Shown here piece by piece: positions 12,381-25,152 of a DNA stretch of 38,163 nt (position 1 is the stretch's first letter; each line of letters begins with the position of its first letter). The translations under genes and the position numbers were made by a program. This DNA comes from Dimargaris cristalligena (Eukaryota). The notes under the pieces were generated by a model that was given only the letters and a program-made list of their open reading frames with translations, was not told the DNA's origin and did not search any database. The DNA lies in assembly GCA_003614675.1 (NCBI GenBank), contig ML002363.1:1-38163 (forward strand). The letters are read 5' to 3'.

Positions 12381-15300
12381 GACTTGGGGTATGTGGGACT
12401 GAGTTAAATGGGTCGAATTGCGGGAAGGGGAAATCGATCCCGGCGTTGAAGCGACCCGGAGGGTAAGCACTGTTTGGGCCATCTGTAGTTAAAGGAGGAG
12501 GCTCGACTTAGGATATAGATATACCCCTCCATACACTATAGAGTGAATACTACCCAATTACCCAATACCGAGTCGATGAGTTAGTGTGATTAAGCAGCGA
12601 ACTGTCCTTTTTATTTGGCCATCTTCACTGCTGCCACTCGAAAATGGCCCGACATGCCGTATCATTTTTATTTACACCTTTCCCTCACCAACCCCCCAGT
12701 CAATTTGGCATCTATTAAGTCATCTCTCTGGGAAAGACAGAGAGAGAGAGAGGTGCCTCCAACACATTCGCTACAGTTGTTACACCCGGCAGATACTGCT
12801 CCCAATGCCCATGATGCTACAACGTCGGATGCGGCACATCCACTGTCAAAGTTGGCCAATCCCCGGTGGTGGTAGCGACATGGGTGAATGGGAAATATAG
12901 TATAAAGAAAAATACCCCACCATTTCCCTCTCTTCCAAGGCTCTAAAACTAGGGGCAATGGTATTAAATTGATACATCTTGTGTAGGGCGTGCTCTCCCC
13001 AACTTTTGGCATTTCGGATCCGAAATTAATTACACTGGGGCCAATATACCAGTTGCCTTATAACAAGCCTATGTAGTATCAGCATTGGCGTCATCTCCAC
13101 TATTACCATGACAATGGGCAGTGGTGATGAGTAAGTGTGGGGAGGAGGGATAAAGCAGGGAGTTGGAGTTGCGGTTGTGGTTGTGGAGAGTCTAGGGTGG
13201 ACATCTGTTCGGTCCAGGGATGCCAACGAATCAAGTAGGTATGGGCCCAAATAAGGTGATGACCCGGGATAATTACCATATCCCGACATCGACCCCCCCT
13301 CCACATAATCCCTGCCCCCGCTTAATGGAACCCCGCCACGCGCGCCGCTGCCAATTTCATGAACCACGGCGGAATCCCTAAATCCGATTCAGCCCAGGAA
13401 ATGGTCGGCCACTTTTCCCAATCTATATTTTTGACGTTATAATGCAGGCAGACGGGCTGGGACATCCGCACTAACTCGCACATACATACAGCCATTCGCA
13501 TTGATGGGGTGTATATTACGTCCATTGGCAGCCCATCTAAATAAAAGGGTATACACTCTGCAGACCACTTTCTCTGGCCATGCAAATTTATAGCACCTCT
13601 AAAATTGGCCACCAATTGCTTCATTAGTCATTTATCCGCCTTCGGGGTTTGAGTGGATTTTGACAGGTCAGCGGATCCCTTGGGATATTGTTAAGGAAAA
13701 GCGGTATAGTGTGCGAAAGGGAAGAAATCGAATGAAAGACAAATAATATTAGAGAGAAAAAGAGAGAGAGTATGAGAGTCCGATGACGGATAGCCTCCAA
13801 ACAGCGTTCGTTGAAGGGAAACACAGAGCTCTCTCTGGCTTCAGCATTGGTTGATCTCGGCCAAAAGAAGACGACGCTTGGTGTTGTACGAAATAGGGGG
13901 CTCGCTATTTTAATCCGTCCAACAACGAGGGGGGGGGTGGTCACCCCACTTTCGCCCAAGGAGAGAGAGAGGAAAGGGCAATGATTAGCGGAGGATGTTG
14001 TGATGAAGCTCAATACTCATCATAATAGCCGGTTCGGTTCGCCAATGGGCATAGAGAACACAGGAGTTAATGTGATGATGACGAACAGACACTTATCCCG
14101 TCGTTCGATGGGTTGTTCACTCACTGGCTACGGCTAAAGGCGAGTGGCAGCAAATTAGTATGACTCCCCCCGTTGTGGTAGTATATGGCAGACGAGGAGA
14201 AGGAGGAAGAATACGCCCTTGAATCTATTATTTTTTTACTCGCTTGCTCTCTCTCTCTCTCTCTTTCCTGTCTCAATCGACCTCTCGATTAGGAAACGGC
14301 GATCATTCCCCGTCCAACAGTGGACCGGGAATGTGCGACTCAAACTGGTCCCAACATGTGTCCCACCCTTAACTGCAGTCGAGTCAATCGAATCAGCCGT
14401 TGTTGGGAAGGAGAGAGATGGAGAAAGCGAAGCCCCTCCCTCCTCCACACACGTGGGCCGGACCCGGGGGAGCCCCATTGTTAGGGAGTTTGCCTCGTTC
14501 CACCCAATCCACATCAAAAAATCACACACACACAGAGAAAGACCGAGACAGGCACACTCCACATTCTAGCCAGTCACTCGGTTGATGGCGTGTACCCAGG
14601 AGTTTCATTTACCATATACCATTTTTTATTCCATACGCTTCTCCACCCGACCTTGTAATCAATCGGATTTGGGGGGATCTTGCTATTTTTATCACCTCCG
14701 CGAATTAACATCTGAAAGGCATTTGAATATCTTGGCAAAGTTAATATAGCCGCCCCAGCTGTCTTACCAAACCCCCGGCCAAGTATCGCTGCCGTGCGCA
14801 GCTGGAAGGGCGAAGGCTAAAAATACGATTAGGATTATTCTTCAGCCCGACACACCGTTGGAGATGTGTGCGTGATTCACCTGCCTATTTGTCTCACCCA
14901 CGGTTAAAAGATCCGCTAAATCGGGCGAGTGGAACAATACCGGAAAAGAATGAATCTAGTAGTAGTATTGTCCATAGGGGTCATGCCGACCTAGACTCGG
15001 ATATATATCATGGAAGAAGTATAGAGAAGGGTGCGCTAAAGTTCACTGATCTCCGCCTTGTTCTATCCCACTCACCTGGATTAGGACAAAATAAATCCAT
15101 TACATATTTGTGTGGGCGGTAGACATGTGGGTGTAGGTGTGGACGTCAGTATATATATGTGTGTGGTGTAGGTGGGTGGGTATACGTGTCGCCCGTATTT
15201 CCCTTCCATTGCTGTGAATAATGTACTTTTCTGCAGCAATTCGAGCCGTCGTCCAAGAGAGGATGTTCCAATAGCAATGGTTGGAAATAAGGAGTGTGAA

Positions 15301-16531
15301 GCCGAGAGAAGATGGAATGGGTCGTTGGTCTTGGTTCAACTGATGCGGCGTCGGCTTCAAGCTACAGGGTCACTCTCTTTAAGGAGGTACAATTCGTAAA
15401 ATTTATCGGGAATGATTGGCCGTATAAGTTTTTGGGGGGCGGCCGGGACGAAGGGAGGGGTGTATGGATATGACAGGGGGGGTCGATGATGATGATGGTG
15501 GTGGTGGAGGAGAGATTATCCTAGAATTAGATGATGGGTTTGGGTTACCCTTTGGATGAATGGATTGTAGGCCAAGGGGGAAGGGATAAAAGGCGTTATG
15601 TGGAATGACGATGGCGGAAAATGTGTACCGCCTCCACATAGATTCAACCGGACAGTAGGAGTGGGAGGTATGATTTTAAGTAGGGGCTACAACTGGTAAA
15701 GGAATATAATCCCCAACCACTCCCACCCAATGTGTAGCCGCTGAAAGGGACAATACTGTCGCAAACCCTGAGGAGGACGAGGATCAGAATAGGGGCAGCG
15801 GGAGGAGGCTAAAGGGGGGAGCAAACCCGCAATGGGAGAGTATGAGGGAAAGACGGCTGCGTGTGTCACCCGCTCGTTCCGGCCCCGTCCTGGTGACTTG
15901 GAAACATTGGTTGGGAATGTCAGTGAGCCCTGGTCACATCCTCCCCCCCCCCAGCCAGCCAACTGACTAGTGGTGGAAAAGACGAACATCACTATAACTA
16001 ACAGATGTTCATAGTGGGACCTAAATCTACACCACCACCATATACAGACACATATACATATATAAAAGAGATATAGACACACCTACGCACGCCCAGTTTC
16101 CTACATTCACCGACTCCCCTCTTTTACCATGGCTTCGCATTTCCCGGACCCACTGGCATTGGTGGCGGTTCTTGGCTTAGATTATGGGGTTGACGGGATT
16201 GTCCGGCGCAACTAACAGCAGGGGGCGAAGGGGTGCGACGAAGCAGTGGAATATTCAACCACCGATACACACATATATATACACACCCATCTACAATGAC
16301 CACATCTCCCCTTCTTGTCGAATTGCCGAATATAGTACAAGGGATAAGTGCGAATGTGATTTCGTTTCATAATTACCCACCACAACTGGCAGGGACAATT
16401 AGGGAGAATTATGTAGGAAGGAGCCACGGTGGTTGGGACTGGACTTGAGCTACACAGTACGCCATTATTTCCACTTTGATTGTATTCCTCTCTCCGATTA
16501 GGCCAGTTCCTTCTCATGTTTCCTTTCTTTT

Positions 16532-16576
16532 TATTATTATTATTATTATTATTACTACAGTATATATATATATATA
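16532..16576. repeat. Compound (TTA)n + (TA)n microsatellite
   Basis: Read directly from sequence. Confidence 0.85.
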
Positions 16577-17012
16577 CTATTAGTAATTAGTGAGAAGAAA
16601 TGAAATATGGATATTGGCACTGCCGACGGGGGCGACGAGTAGGGAGGGGGCCCCCCAAAAAACAACAGAGAAAATGAAAGAGAGGGGAGATGGAGGGAAC
16701 TTCGACTACTGTGGGCCTCGTTTTCCGTCCCTTGGATTTATATTTTAAGTTCCCAAAGGGCCTATAGGGGGGGCACACTTCGTTCATGAGTAGGCCTTTG
16801 TCGCACACCCTACTATACCCTGCACACACTAGTTGGGTGCCTCTTTTTCGCCTTTCCGTAGTCTGAGTAAGGTTTACATTCGTCAACCCATTTTCCTAGT
16901 TCACACCACCAACCAATAGTATAAAGCTACTATTGGATAGAGAGAGGGACTGTGTGGTGTATTTGGGAGGGGGGAAGGTATGATCCACCACCTACACCAC
17001 CCGCACGCGCGG

Positions 17013-17013
<1 letters not shown>

Positions 17014-17047
<34 letters not shown>
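17014..17047. repeat. (TG)17 microsatellite followed by short (GGTT)n
   Basis: Read directly from sequence. Confidence 0.95.
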
Positions 17048-17050
<3 letters not shown>

Positions 17051-19325
17051 TGGTTGGTTGGTGGTGTGTGAGCGGCACGGTCGAGTAGTATTAGTTCCTT
17101 TCAGCAGATTGTTTATGGTGGATCCCAAAGAAACTACCTCCCACCGTGGCTAAATTACCACCAGGCGGCATTGGTGGTGGAAATAAGAAAGAGGCAGGAG
17201 GTACGGCCAAGGGGCACACACATACACAATATCACACACAAAACCCCTTCGAAACCAACTATTGAAGGAGAGAAGAGAGAGAGGCATTCATATAACCTGA
17301 CCAGGGAGAGGAACGAGAGGGATTCAGCCACCAGTAAAAGTATGGTATCTGTGTGCCAAAAGGGAGAGAGGGGGGGGGGTTGTGAGATGGATAATAATAA
17401 TAATAATGGCCGGTTTTAGTGGTGTGATTTTTTCGAAAGGCCAGAGGTAGGAGGATTCGATTCTATTATTTCTATAGAGAGGGAGTTGTTGGGTCGCCCC
17501 AACTCTTAATTGAGCCGAGCCTAGATAAATAAATAAATGGCGGGTTGATTGTATCCGCCGACCTGACCTAACTTCTAGTCTAGGAGTGCGTGTGTAGGTT
17601 TAAATGGGCGGGATGTGGGAGTTGTGCCCCCCGTGTAAAGAGTACAGCACAGCCGCCGCATTCGGTTAAACATCCCGCGTCATTTACACGGATGGGCACC
17701 CTTTCCGGCATAGTATAATAATACCCCTTGTCAGGCTGGCGTAGTGGTGTAGGGGGGGGGAATGACATTGGTATTTTCTAAATGGGCTGGGGGAAGGCGC
17801 GGAAGCATCCGGGAAGGATAAAAATCTACCATTTGGGCCACGCACTACCACCACCAGTCTTGACGTGACCTGTGTAATCTATCGCACTCCTTTGACTCTC
17901 CTGCCTCTTGTACATAGCCAGGGTGATGTGATACTATTTTACTCTCTCCTACCTTAATCCGTGCGGCGGGTCTTCTCAGGTCCCGCCCGGAGATTACAGA
18001 CAAGGACTATTATATATATTGAATGCAGCGGTGGGTGTAATAATAGAAGCCAAGCCAAGCCAGAGGCGCCTTGGCTGGATAGAAAGAATGGTGTACATTC
18101 ATCCATAGTGGGGTTCCTCTGCCTATGAGAAGAAGAAACCGAACCCATCAAATGGAATAGTGGAATGACGGCGGCGGTCGTATCAGTCAGCCAGTCAATA
18201 GGCCACCCAACTAGCCCATTCCACCATCCACACAGCGAACACGCCGAAGGGCCGAGAAATGGTGGCAATGATGCTAGTTAGTAATACTGCGCCTGGCAGC
18301 GGACCAATCGTATATTACAATGGCGGTTGGAGCTTTTTTGTGCCATGCTGTACGGTGAAGAATATAGAAATGGTAACCTAGAGAAGGGAGGCTTCACAGC
18401 CAATTAGTCGCCCGATAGGGAAAAGTGGGGGTGGAGTAGATGGGAAAAATAAATGTACCACACCGATACGGCCCTGTAGCTGGAAGCAAAGCAGGACACA
18501 CCAAGGAGGGGGGGTGTATGAAAAAAGAGGGTGGCCACGATAGATAGGAAGAACAACAACACTTATGTATGTACGAAGAGATGAACAACAAGCATGATGA
18601 AAAGCAGGACGCGCAATCCACCCTAATAGTAATAGTGGTGGTTAGTTAGTGGCTGGCTGGGGACGGGAAGAGTATCGTGGAGGATAATCACAGCCTGTAG
18701 CAGTGGCAAAAAGAACCACCAATCCTTGTGTGTCTATCCCCTTCCTTCATCACACACTCCCGCCCCCATTCGGTCCATCCTCTCTTCTCTCCGTAGCCGT
18801 CGGAAAACACAATCTATTAGCCAAGCCCAATAATCAAAGGGAAGCAATCCCGCTCTCCTATTGGAGCCGCCCCCCCAAAGAGATCCTTGTGATATGAGGA
18901 AAGTGGCCAGATGGAATATAATACTTCCCCATTCCGGCCACTGTCGGTCGGCGTATCTTATTGACACCCTCCTCCCTCTCTCTTAGCCCATCCACATCAT
19001 ACTCCCCCCCCCACTACTACCAGTCAACCAACCAACCACACACCCTGTTCTCACTCTCAAGAAGAAAAAAACACCCCACCACCCCTCCCTCCCTTCTTCA
19101 TATGCAATAACATATACGCATTATATATAACCGTCACATTTAGCCTCCCCTCTATATATCCCCTCGATTGTTTATGTGTGTGTGTAATATGTACGCGCCT
19201 TCTATCCCAATTTTTCTGTAGTCTTTCTAAACCAGCCGATTCTTCCCTATTATATCTCCGGCTCTTCTAGCGCTCCTTGGCCATTTTATATCCCATTCTG
19301 CATATATCCAAGCCCTTTCCCTCCC

Positions 19326-19458
19326 TACCCTTCCTGCGCATACATCCAACTACTAGTTAACTGACTATTCCTGCGCATACAGCCAACTGCTAGTTAACTG
19401 ACTATTCCTGCGCATACAGCCAACTGCTAGTTAACCTACCCTTCCTGCGCATATAGCC
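19326..19458. repeat. 37-bp tandem repeat, ~3.5 copies
   Basis: Unit TTCCTGCGCATACAGCCAACTGCTAGTTAACTGACTA starts at 19331, 19368, 19405 and (partial) 19442. Confidence 0.95.
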
Positions 19459-19837
19459 TGCTGTATCCTCCCACTTCCTTTAAAATAACCTCGTTTCCTG
19501 TTTCTCCTCTCTACTACTGTCGTCCTTTTTCCCTCATATTGCTTAACCTACATTCCCCCCCTCTCAGTATTTACCATAGTAGTAGTAGACCTCTCTTCTA
19601 TTGCCCACGTCGTCGTCTCTTTCTCTCACTTTATTCGTATCAACTTCATGGCTGGTCCTTGCCTTTAGTGACGGGTCTCTTTTTAGTTTGCCGTGTTCCC
19701 GCCCGTGTTCAGTCCTAGCCGTATCTCCTTCCCTACCACACGACCTCGTATCCTCCTCGAAAATCTGGTGTCCCCCAAAACTATATCTATCCCTCCCATA
19801 TTCTCCCTCCCTCCCTATATATACTCATAACTAAACC

Positions 19838-21505
19838 ATGGCCGTGGCTACCTACGCACCTGCCCTCGCCCACACTTTCGGGTTGGTTCCCCAGCCACCC
19901 GCCCCCTTTGGCGCCGCCAGCCGGCATTCCCCCCGGTCACTCCACCCAATCTATCCCTCGCTCTTCAACCCTACCCCCGTGCCCACCGTGGGCCACAAGT
20001 CCCTATACCCGTCGCCGGCTCCCCACTCGACCTTGGCCCTCCGCGACCTGCCTCCCTTCAAATCCATCGACCCCTTGACCCTCGAGCAGCACCTCACCCT
20101 GATGGCCGACCTGGCCGGCCGCGCCGCCCTATACTTGTGGTACGATACCTTCTACCCCAACATCCCCCTCGACAGCTTCCACAAGTTCGTCCACCAGGTG
20201 CTCAAATCGACATCATTATCCTCGTCGGTGGTCCTACTGGCCCTCAAATACATTCATCGCTTCAAGACCGGTTTAATCTACCGGGAGGTCAAGAAGGGCT
20301 CCGAGTTCCGCGTTTTCACCGTAGCCTTGATGCTCGCGAGCAAATTTCTCGAAGACAATACCTTCACCACCAAGACCTGGGCCGAAGTGTCCGGCCTTCC
20401 CTTTAAGGAGCTGCACCGCATCCAGGTCGAGTTCCTCAACACCCTTAACCACAATCTATATGTCTCGGGTGTCGAATACTTCGATTGGCTCCACAGCCTC
20501 AGCCGCCTGGTTCACCAGGAGAGCTCCCATTTTCAGTACCCACGCGCTTCCCGCCAGGTCCTGAGTGCCTTTGTGCAGGAGGGTCCGGCCGAGGTGAACG
20601 GCATCTCCTGTAGCCCCGTGGAGCGGAAACGTCCCAGTCCCGCTCTGCTCAGTCCCCTGGCTCACGGTTTCGCTACTCCCAACCCCTCCCCCTATCTGGG
20701 CCGACCCGCCTCTTCCCCCGTTGCTCCTCACCGCCGGTCGTCTTTGGCCTACACCGCTGACCTGCCCCAGCACCTGATGGCCTACCCCCATACTTCAAAG
20801 CGTCGCTGTGTCCTCTCCGCCACCACCGGTGCCCTGGCCGCAGTGCCTACCCCCAACTCCTCCTACCACTATGTGCCCGCCACCGTGGCCGCCCTCACTC
20901 CCAATGAACTGCCCGTAAGCCGCTCCAACTACTCCGGCGATGCCCTAGTCCCTGCGTCCACTTCCACGGCCTTCCACGGTTCTCTTCCGGACACATCTTC
21001 GTCCGTCTTCACAGCCACCGCCAATTCCTTCCAGAATATGAGCATTGACTACAACCCTGGTCACCCCCGCTCGAATTACTCTCGGTCAACCACCGCGCAA
21101 GCAAATGCCGTCCCTACTGCCGAGTCGTACACTAACGCCTACCACACCCCGGAGGCTTCCGTCTACGACTCCACCCACCACTCCAGCCAATATTCCCCCG
21201 CCGTCTCCCACCTGTCCTACCACCACCACCAGCAACAGCAACCTTCCTCGGCATTTGCCAAGACGGCCCCTGTAGCTCACCACCGGGATTCGCTAGCTGC
21301 CTACCCCCAGTTCCATCACGCCCAGCACCAGTACCAACAGGTCCCTTCCATGAATACAATGGTCCAAACCCTCAATCACCCCTATCCACCTGAGGTGCAC
21401 ACCGGTTATCCCTCAGTATACCCACTGGACCACTTCGGCTACACCACTGCCAACGCTACTCACCCCACTGTCTCTTTTGGGGCTGACCGGAGTTTCCGCT
21501 GGTAG
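19838..21505 (+). CDS. Pho80/Pcl/Clg1-like cyclin-box protein, 555 aa, intronless, long Pro/Ser/His-rich tail
   Basis: Cyclin-box text FHKFVHQVLKSTSLSSSVVLLALKYIHRF...SEFRVFTVALMLASKFLEDNTFTTKTWAEVSGLPFKELHRIQVEFLNTLNHNLYVS is typical of fungal Pho85-type cyclins. Start context accATGg; strong C-ending codon bias. Confidence 0.9.
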   Translation: MAVATYAPALAHTFGLVPQPPAPFGAASRHSPRSLHPIYPSLFNPTPVPTVGHKSLYPSPAPHSTLALRDLPPFKSIDPLTLEQHLTLMADLAGRAALYLWYDTFYPNIPLDSFHKFVHQVLKSTSLSSSVVLLALKYIHRFKTGLIYREVKKGSEFRVFTVALMLASKFLEDNTFTTKTWAEVSGLPFKELHRIQVEFLNTLNHNLYVSGVEYFDWLHSLSRLVHQESSHFQYPRASRQVLSAFVQEGPAEVNGISCSPVERKRPSPALLSPLAHGFATPNPSPYLGRPASSPVAPHRRSSLAYTADLPQHLMAYPHTSKRRCVLSATTGALAAVPTPNSSYHYVPATVAALTPNELPVSRSNYSGDALVPASTSTAFHGSLPDTSSSVFTATANSFQNMSIDYNPGHPRSNYSRSTTAQANAVPTAESYTNAYHTPEASVYDSTHHSSQYSPAVSHLSYHHHQQQQPSSAFAKTAPVAHHRDSLAAYPQFHHAQHQYQQVPSMNTMVQTLNHPYPPEVHTGYPSVYPLDHFGYTTANATHPTVSFGADRSFRW

Positions 21506-23396
21506 GGTTGTATTAAGTTTGAGACTCTGTCAACCTACTTTGGGGTTTCTATTCCAATGGGTTGACTACTGCTGCACAGTATCGTGGGTGGTGTAGGGTT
21601 CAATAACCCATAATCAATTAGGTGAATGGCCCATGTCACCAGGGGCCCTCTTCCCTCAAGCCCAATTGAATGGGGCCATACGAGCTTGCCTTAGCATTCC
21701 TTCTCAACCCCCACCAACACTCTCTAATTATACTCCCTCTCCCCTAACGGCCAGCGGTTTCCAAATGCAAAGGCGGTCAACGTCCATCGTCAAGATGCTC
21801 CGATTCGATCCTCCCTGGCTCTGTTTCTTGGCGACTGGCTCAGCTATCTCGTGGAATACAATCTCTTTTTTCCCCTGTTCAGATGGTTCCACTTCGTTAG
21901 CGCTGCACTACTTGTTTTCCGCCTCCCCTTGATTTCCGCGTGCCGCCTCCCCCTTTCTTCTTCACCTCGACCGACTGTGTCCATCCTTGACGGCCATTGT
22001 CTGTTTGAGGCGATGAACACCCCTCGCTTCCTATTGGGTGACGTATGGCCTGGTCTTTTGCTCCCTTTGGTTGCTCACTCTTTAATGACCGTCGTTAAAC
22101 TGTAGATCGGTAAATATCGGTCCATTGTAGGTCTTCTCGTCATGCACCTCTCAGTATCCCTCATTTGTCTTGGTAGTTGTATCTACACTTATTCTTTTTT
22201 ATTCATTCCACCACTCTGTGATCTTCCAGCTTGTGAACTTTTCGGTTTACACACTATTTATCCCTTTGGTGTATGTTTATACCCCTTCTCTTCTGTTCAC
22301 CTCCGCCGGCGCTATTCCGTCATCACAAGGGTCTCTCCTATTCTTGTTCGTCACCCCATCCATTCGTCCATACTTTGTGCCCCTAGATTCTCATGCCTCT
22401 TTCGTTGCTCTTGTATTCCTCCATCTACCCTTTTTCTATTCTGAAATTATATATTATAATATTCGTATACTATTTCACGCTAATTTCCGTATTCCTCTGC
22501 GTTATTTATCTCACCAGGCATTTTCATTTATCGTTTCTTCACCTCTTCCTGCTCTCGCGTCCAATTGTTGTATAGTCCTCCTCCCTCCCCCTCACTACAG
22601 CCACTTTACAAGGTCGCTCATATAATATTACGTCCCCTAACCCCTCCACCTCCCTCTCCCTCACTGTAATTTTAATACCACAATAAAAGAAATCCCAGCT
22701 CCATTTACTAAAGTAACTTATCTGTTACATTATTATCCATATCGATTGAGTTTTCAACGTATGGTAGGGATGGCCGACATGGTATTGATAATGTGTAGTA
22801 GTGAAATGGGCTAAACAGCTATCATGCCGAATTTTTGTCGGCCGAATATGGCCTGGCTTACTAGGCTATTCATGCCGACCACTTCTGCGGGTTAAATTTT
22901 CAAGGAATTGAGCGGTAACTATGAAACATTAGGTGTAACGGAATGAAAGGCTTGGCGGCAGAGGGGGGTATGCCTATATTTATCCAGCTGCCCTAGTTTT
23001 AATATCTTGTAGTTGAGATTGGGCCATCTTATCCACACCATTCTCTCCAATTTTACCTCGGCTCCCAAACCACGTGCACGGATGACGCAGTCAATTGCCC
23101 CCCAACCATGGGAAACCCAGTTCCAAAACTCCCCCCATCAACCCCCTCCCCCCACTCTATGTTAGAAACCAGACTCTTGGTCCAATACCCCTAATGAGGT
23201 CAGTGGGACTGCCTGTAGGGCATTCGAATGTTGAATTCAAGCCCTCCCCTCCCCTGTTAGCATTCGTTTCCAATATGCGAATTGAGTTTACTAGACATTC
23301 ACCCAGGTCCCCTTCACGAATAAATGCCACTTGCTTATCTGTTGCTTGAATTGTCCCAGTTGTTCTAGTAGAGTCATATTATAGAGGTATTCCACC

Positions 23397-24874
23397 ATGT
23401 CTTTCAATACATTGACCGCAAAGCTATCCTTAACCAAGTCCAGCTCACAACTTCAGGTTGGTCGTCTCGCTAGCCTAGCTTCCGTTTCTTGCCAATTACC
23501 GAAATGCAGCAAGCGATCTCGAAGAATTTATAGTGTCAATTCGGAGAAACTCAGCCATGTTTCCTCCCCTCGTTCACACCCTTGGGGCTCACCCATTCGT
23601 CCCCCCTTAAAGTGGCCGACTAAAATTTGGTCCGATGTTATCCCAAGTAGTTGCCGCCCGCAGTGTTATTTGACGACCCAGTCCTCCCCAACCTCGTCCA
23701 CACCGTCATCACCACCACCATCCCCGGCCAAGAAAATCTGCTGGAAGTGCGATGCTAAAGTCGAGCATGACGCTATCGTATGCGATAATTCCGACTGCCA
23801 AACCATCGTACCCATCACCCAGGACATCACCTACTTTGACGTTCTACTCGACTCGGAAACGTTCGACGTTGATTTTCCGACTTTGCGTCGCAATTTTTTA
23901 AAATTACAGCAGCAGGTACATCCGGACAACTTTTCTCAAAGCGATGCGGTAAGTTACGGGTATTTATTCTTATATATATATAAATGTGTGTATGTTGTTT
24001 AAATCCAAATTCTAAGTGGTTGAATCATGCCTAATAGGGCGTTGTCATTCATCCTAAAGTCATTTTAAAACATTACACTATATCTACTTATTTGTTTATC
24101 TAACCTATTAACTATACCGCCGCCCTTTTCATACCGCCTTGCAACTCTACATTACAGAAAGAAAAAAAGATTGCTGAAGTCCAATCCACATGGCTCAATA
24201 CCGCCTACCATACTCTCCGTAACCCCCTTCTTCGGGCCAAATACATGGTAAGTTCTATGGCCCAAGCCCTACTTATTCCAGCGGTGCTCTACCCATCGAC
24301 TATCGGGATAGCTTGTAATCACTTTTTAATGCGTTTCTATATATAAAATTGTATATTTTTTCGATCCACATCCACCTCGACTGTCCCAATCATGGGTCCA
24401 AATAGCTTGAATTGCGTGGCTATAAATTTGGCGAAGCAGGTACACCCCAAGATCCCGAATTTCTAGGCGAAGTTCTTCAATTTCACGAAGACCTCGACGA
24501 AGTAACCGATGAGCAGGGCCTCAGCGAACTCAAGGCTACTAATGATGGTAAGTTAGGGCTTGGAATGATTCGGGTGACAAACTAGTCCTCTTTCATGGGC
24601 GTTATTTTACAATTAATCGTAATTCCTATGCTGACAAAGTAACCACCTAGCTAACTAAGCCGATTATCTATTGATGTTTAACCAAATTTATATATTTACC
24701 ATCTTCGATTTCCCACTGGCGGGGTACCCCTTAGCCCGAATCAAAGGCGTAGTGACGGAACTATCCCAGGCCTTTGCCCAAAATAATCTGGAAATGGCTA
24801 AAAATCTGACCGATAGGCTTCAATTCTGGTATAGCGCCCAAGAGGCTGTGAATAACTGGCAGCCATCCGCTTAA
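23397..24874 (+). CDS. JAC1: Mitochondrial Fe-S cluster co-chaperone HSC20/HscB/Jac1. Exons 23397-23948, 24158-24247, 24406-24547, 24735-24874
   Basis: J-domain with HPD (YFDVL...FDVD...LRRNFLKLQQQVHPDNFSQ), then STWLNTAYHTLRNPLLRAKYM|LEL, DPEFLGEVLQFHEDLDE, and C-terminal helices. Three GTAAGT...YAG introns join in frame. Ser/Arg-rich presequence-like N-terminus; CWKC...CDNSDC motif. Confidence 0.92.
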
Positions 24875-25152
24875 TCCAACCGTTCAACTCCCTACACCTT
24901 ATCTTCTCTTCCACTTCCCTGACCCACTCGTTGCATTGTTTTTTTTTGTTGTTGTTACGGGAAACCCAATACCCATTAAAGTACTGCGCACATATTCATT
25001 ACCCACACGTACATCATCCCTTCATGTTAAATCCAAAGGATTATTGACGTTAATATATTTAAAGGCTCCCGTCTATCTACATACCGATTGTACTACCTTA
25101 TTAGTTTTTATTTGTTCAGCCGCCTGCACCTTACGAGATGCGGATTAGATCA

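Noticed and set aside
3223-18967. Numerous 60-130 aa ORFs in the long intergenic region
   Set aside because: Many have non-ATG starts and low-complexity translations, and they lack the C-ending codon bias of the real genes.
19326-19458. CRISPR-like array (37-bp period)
   Set aside because: Units are head-to-tail with no unique spacers, there are no cas genes, and the context is eukaryotic.
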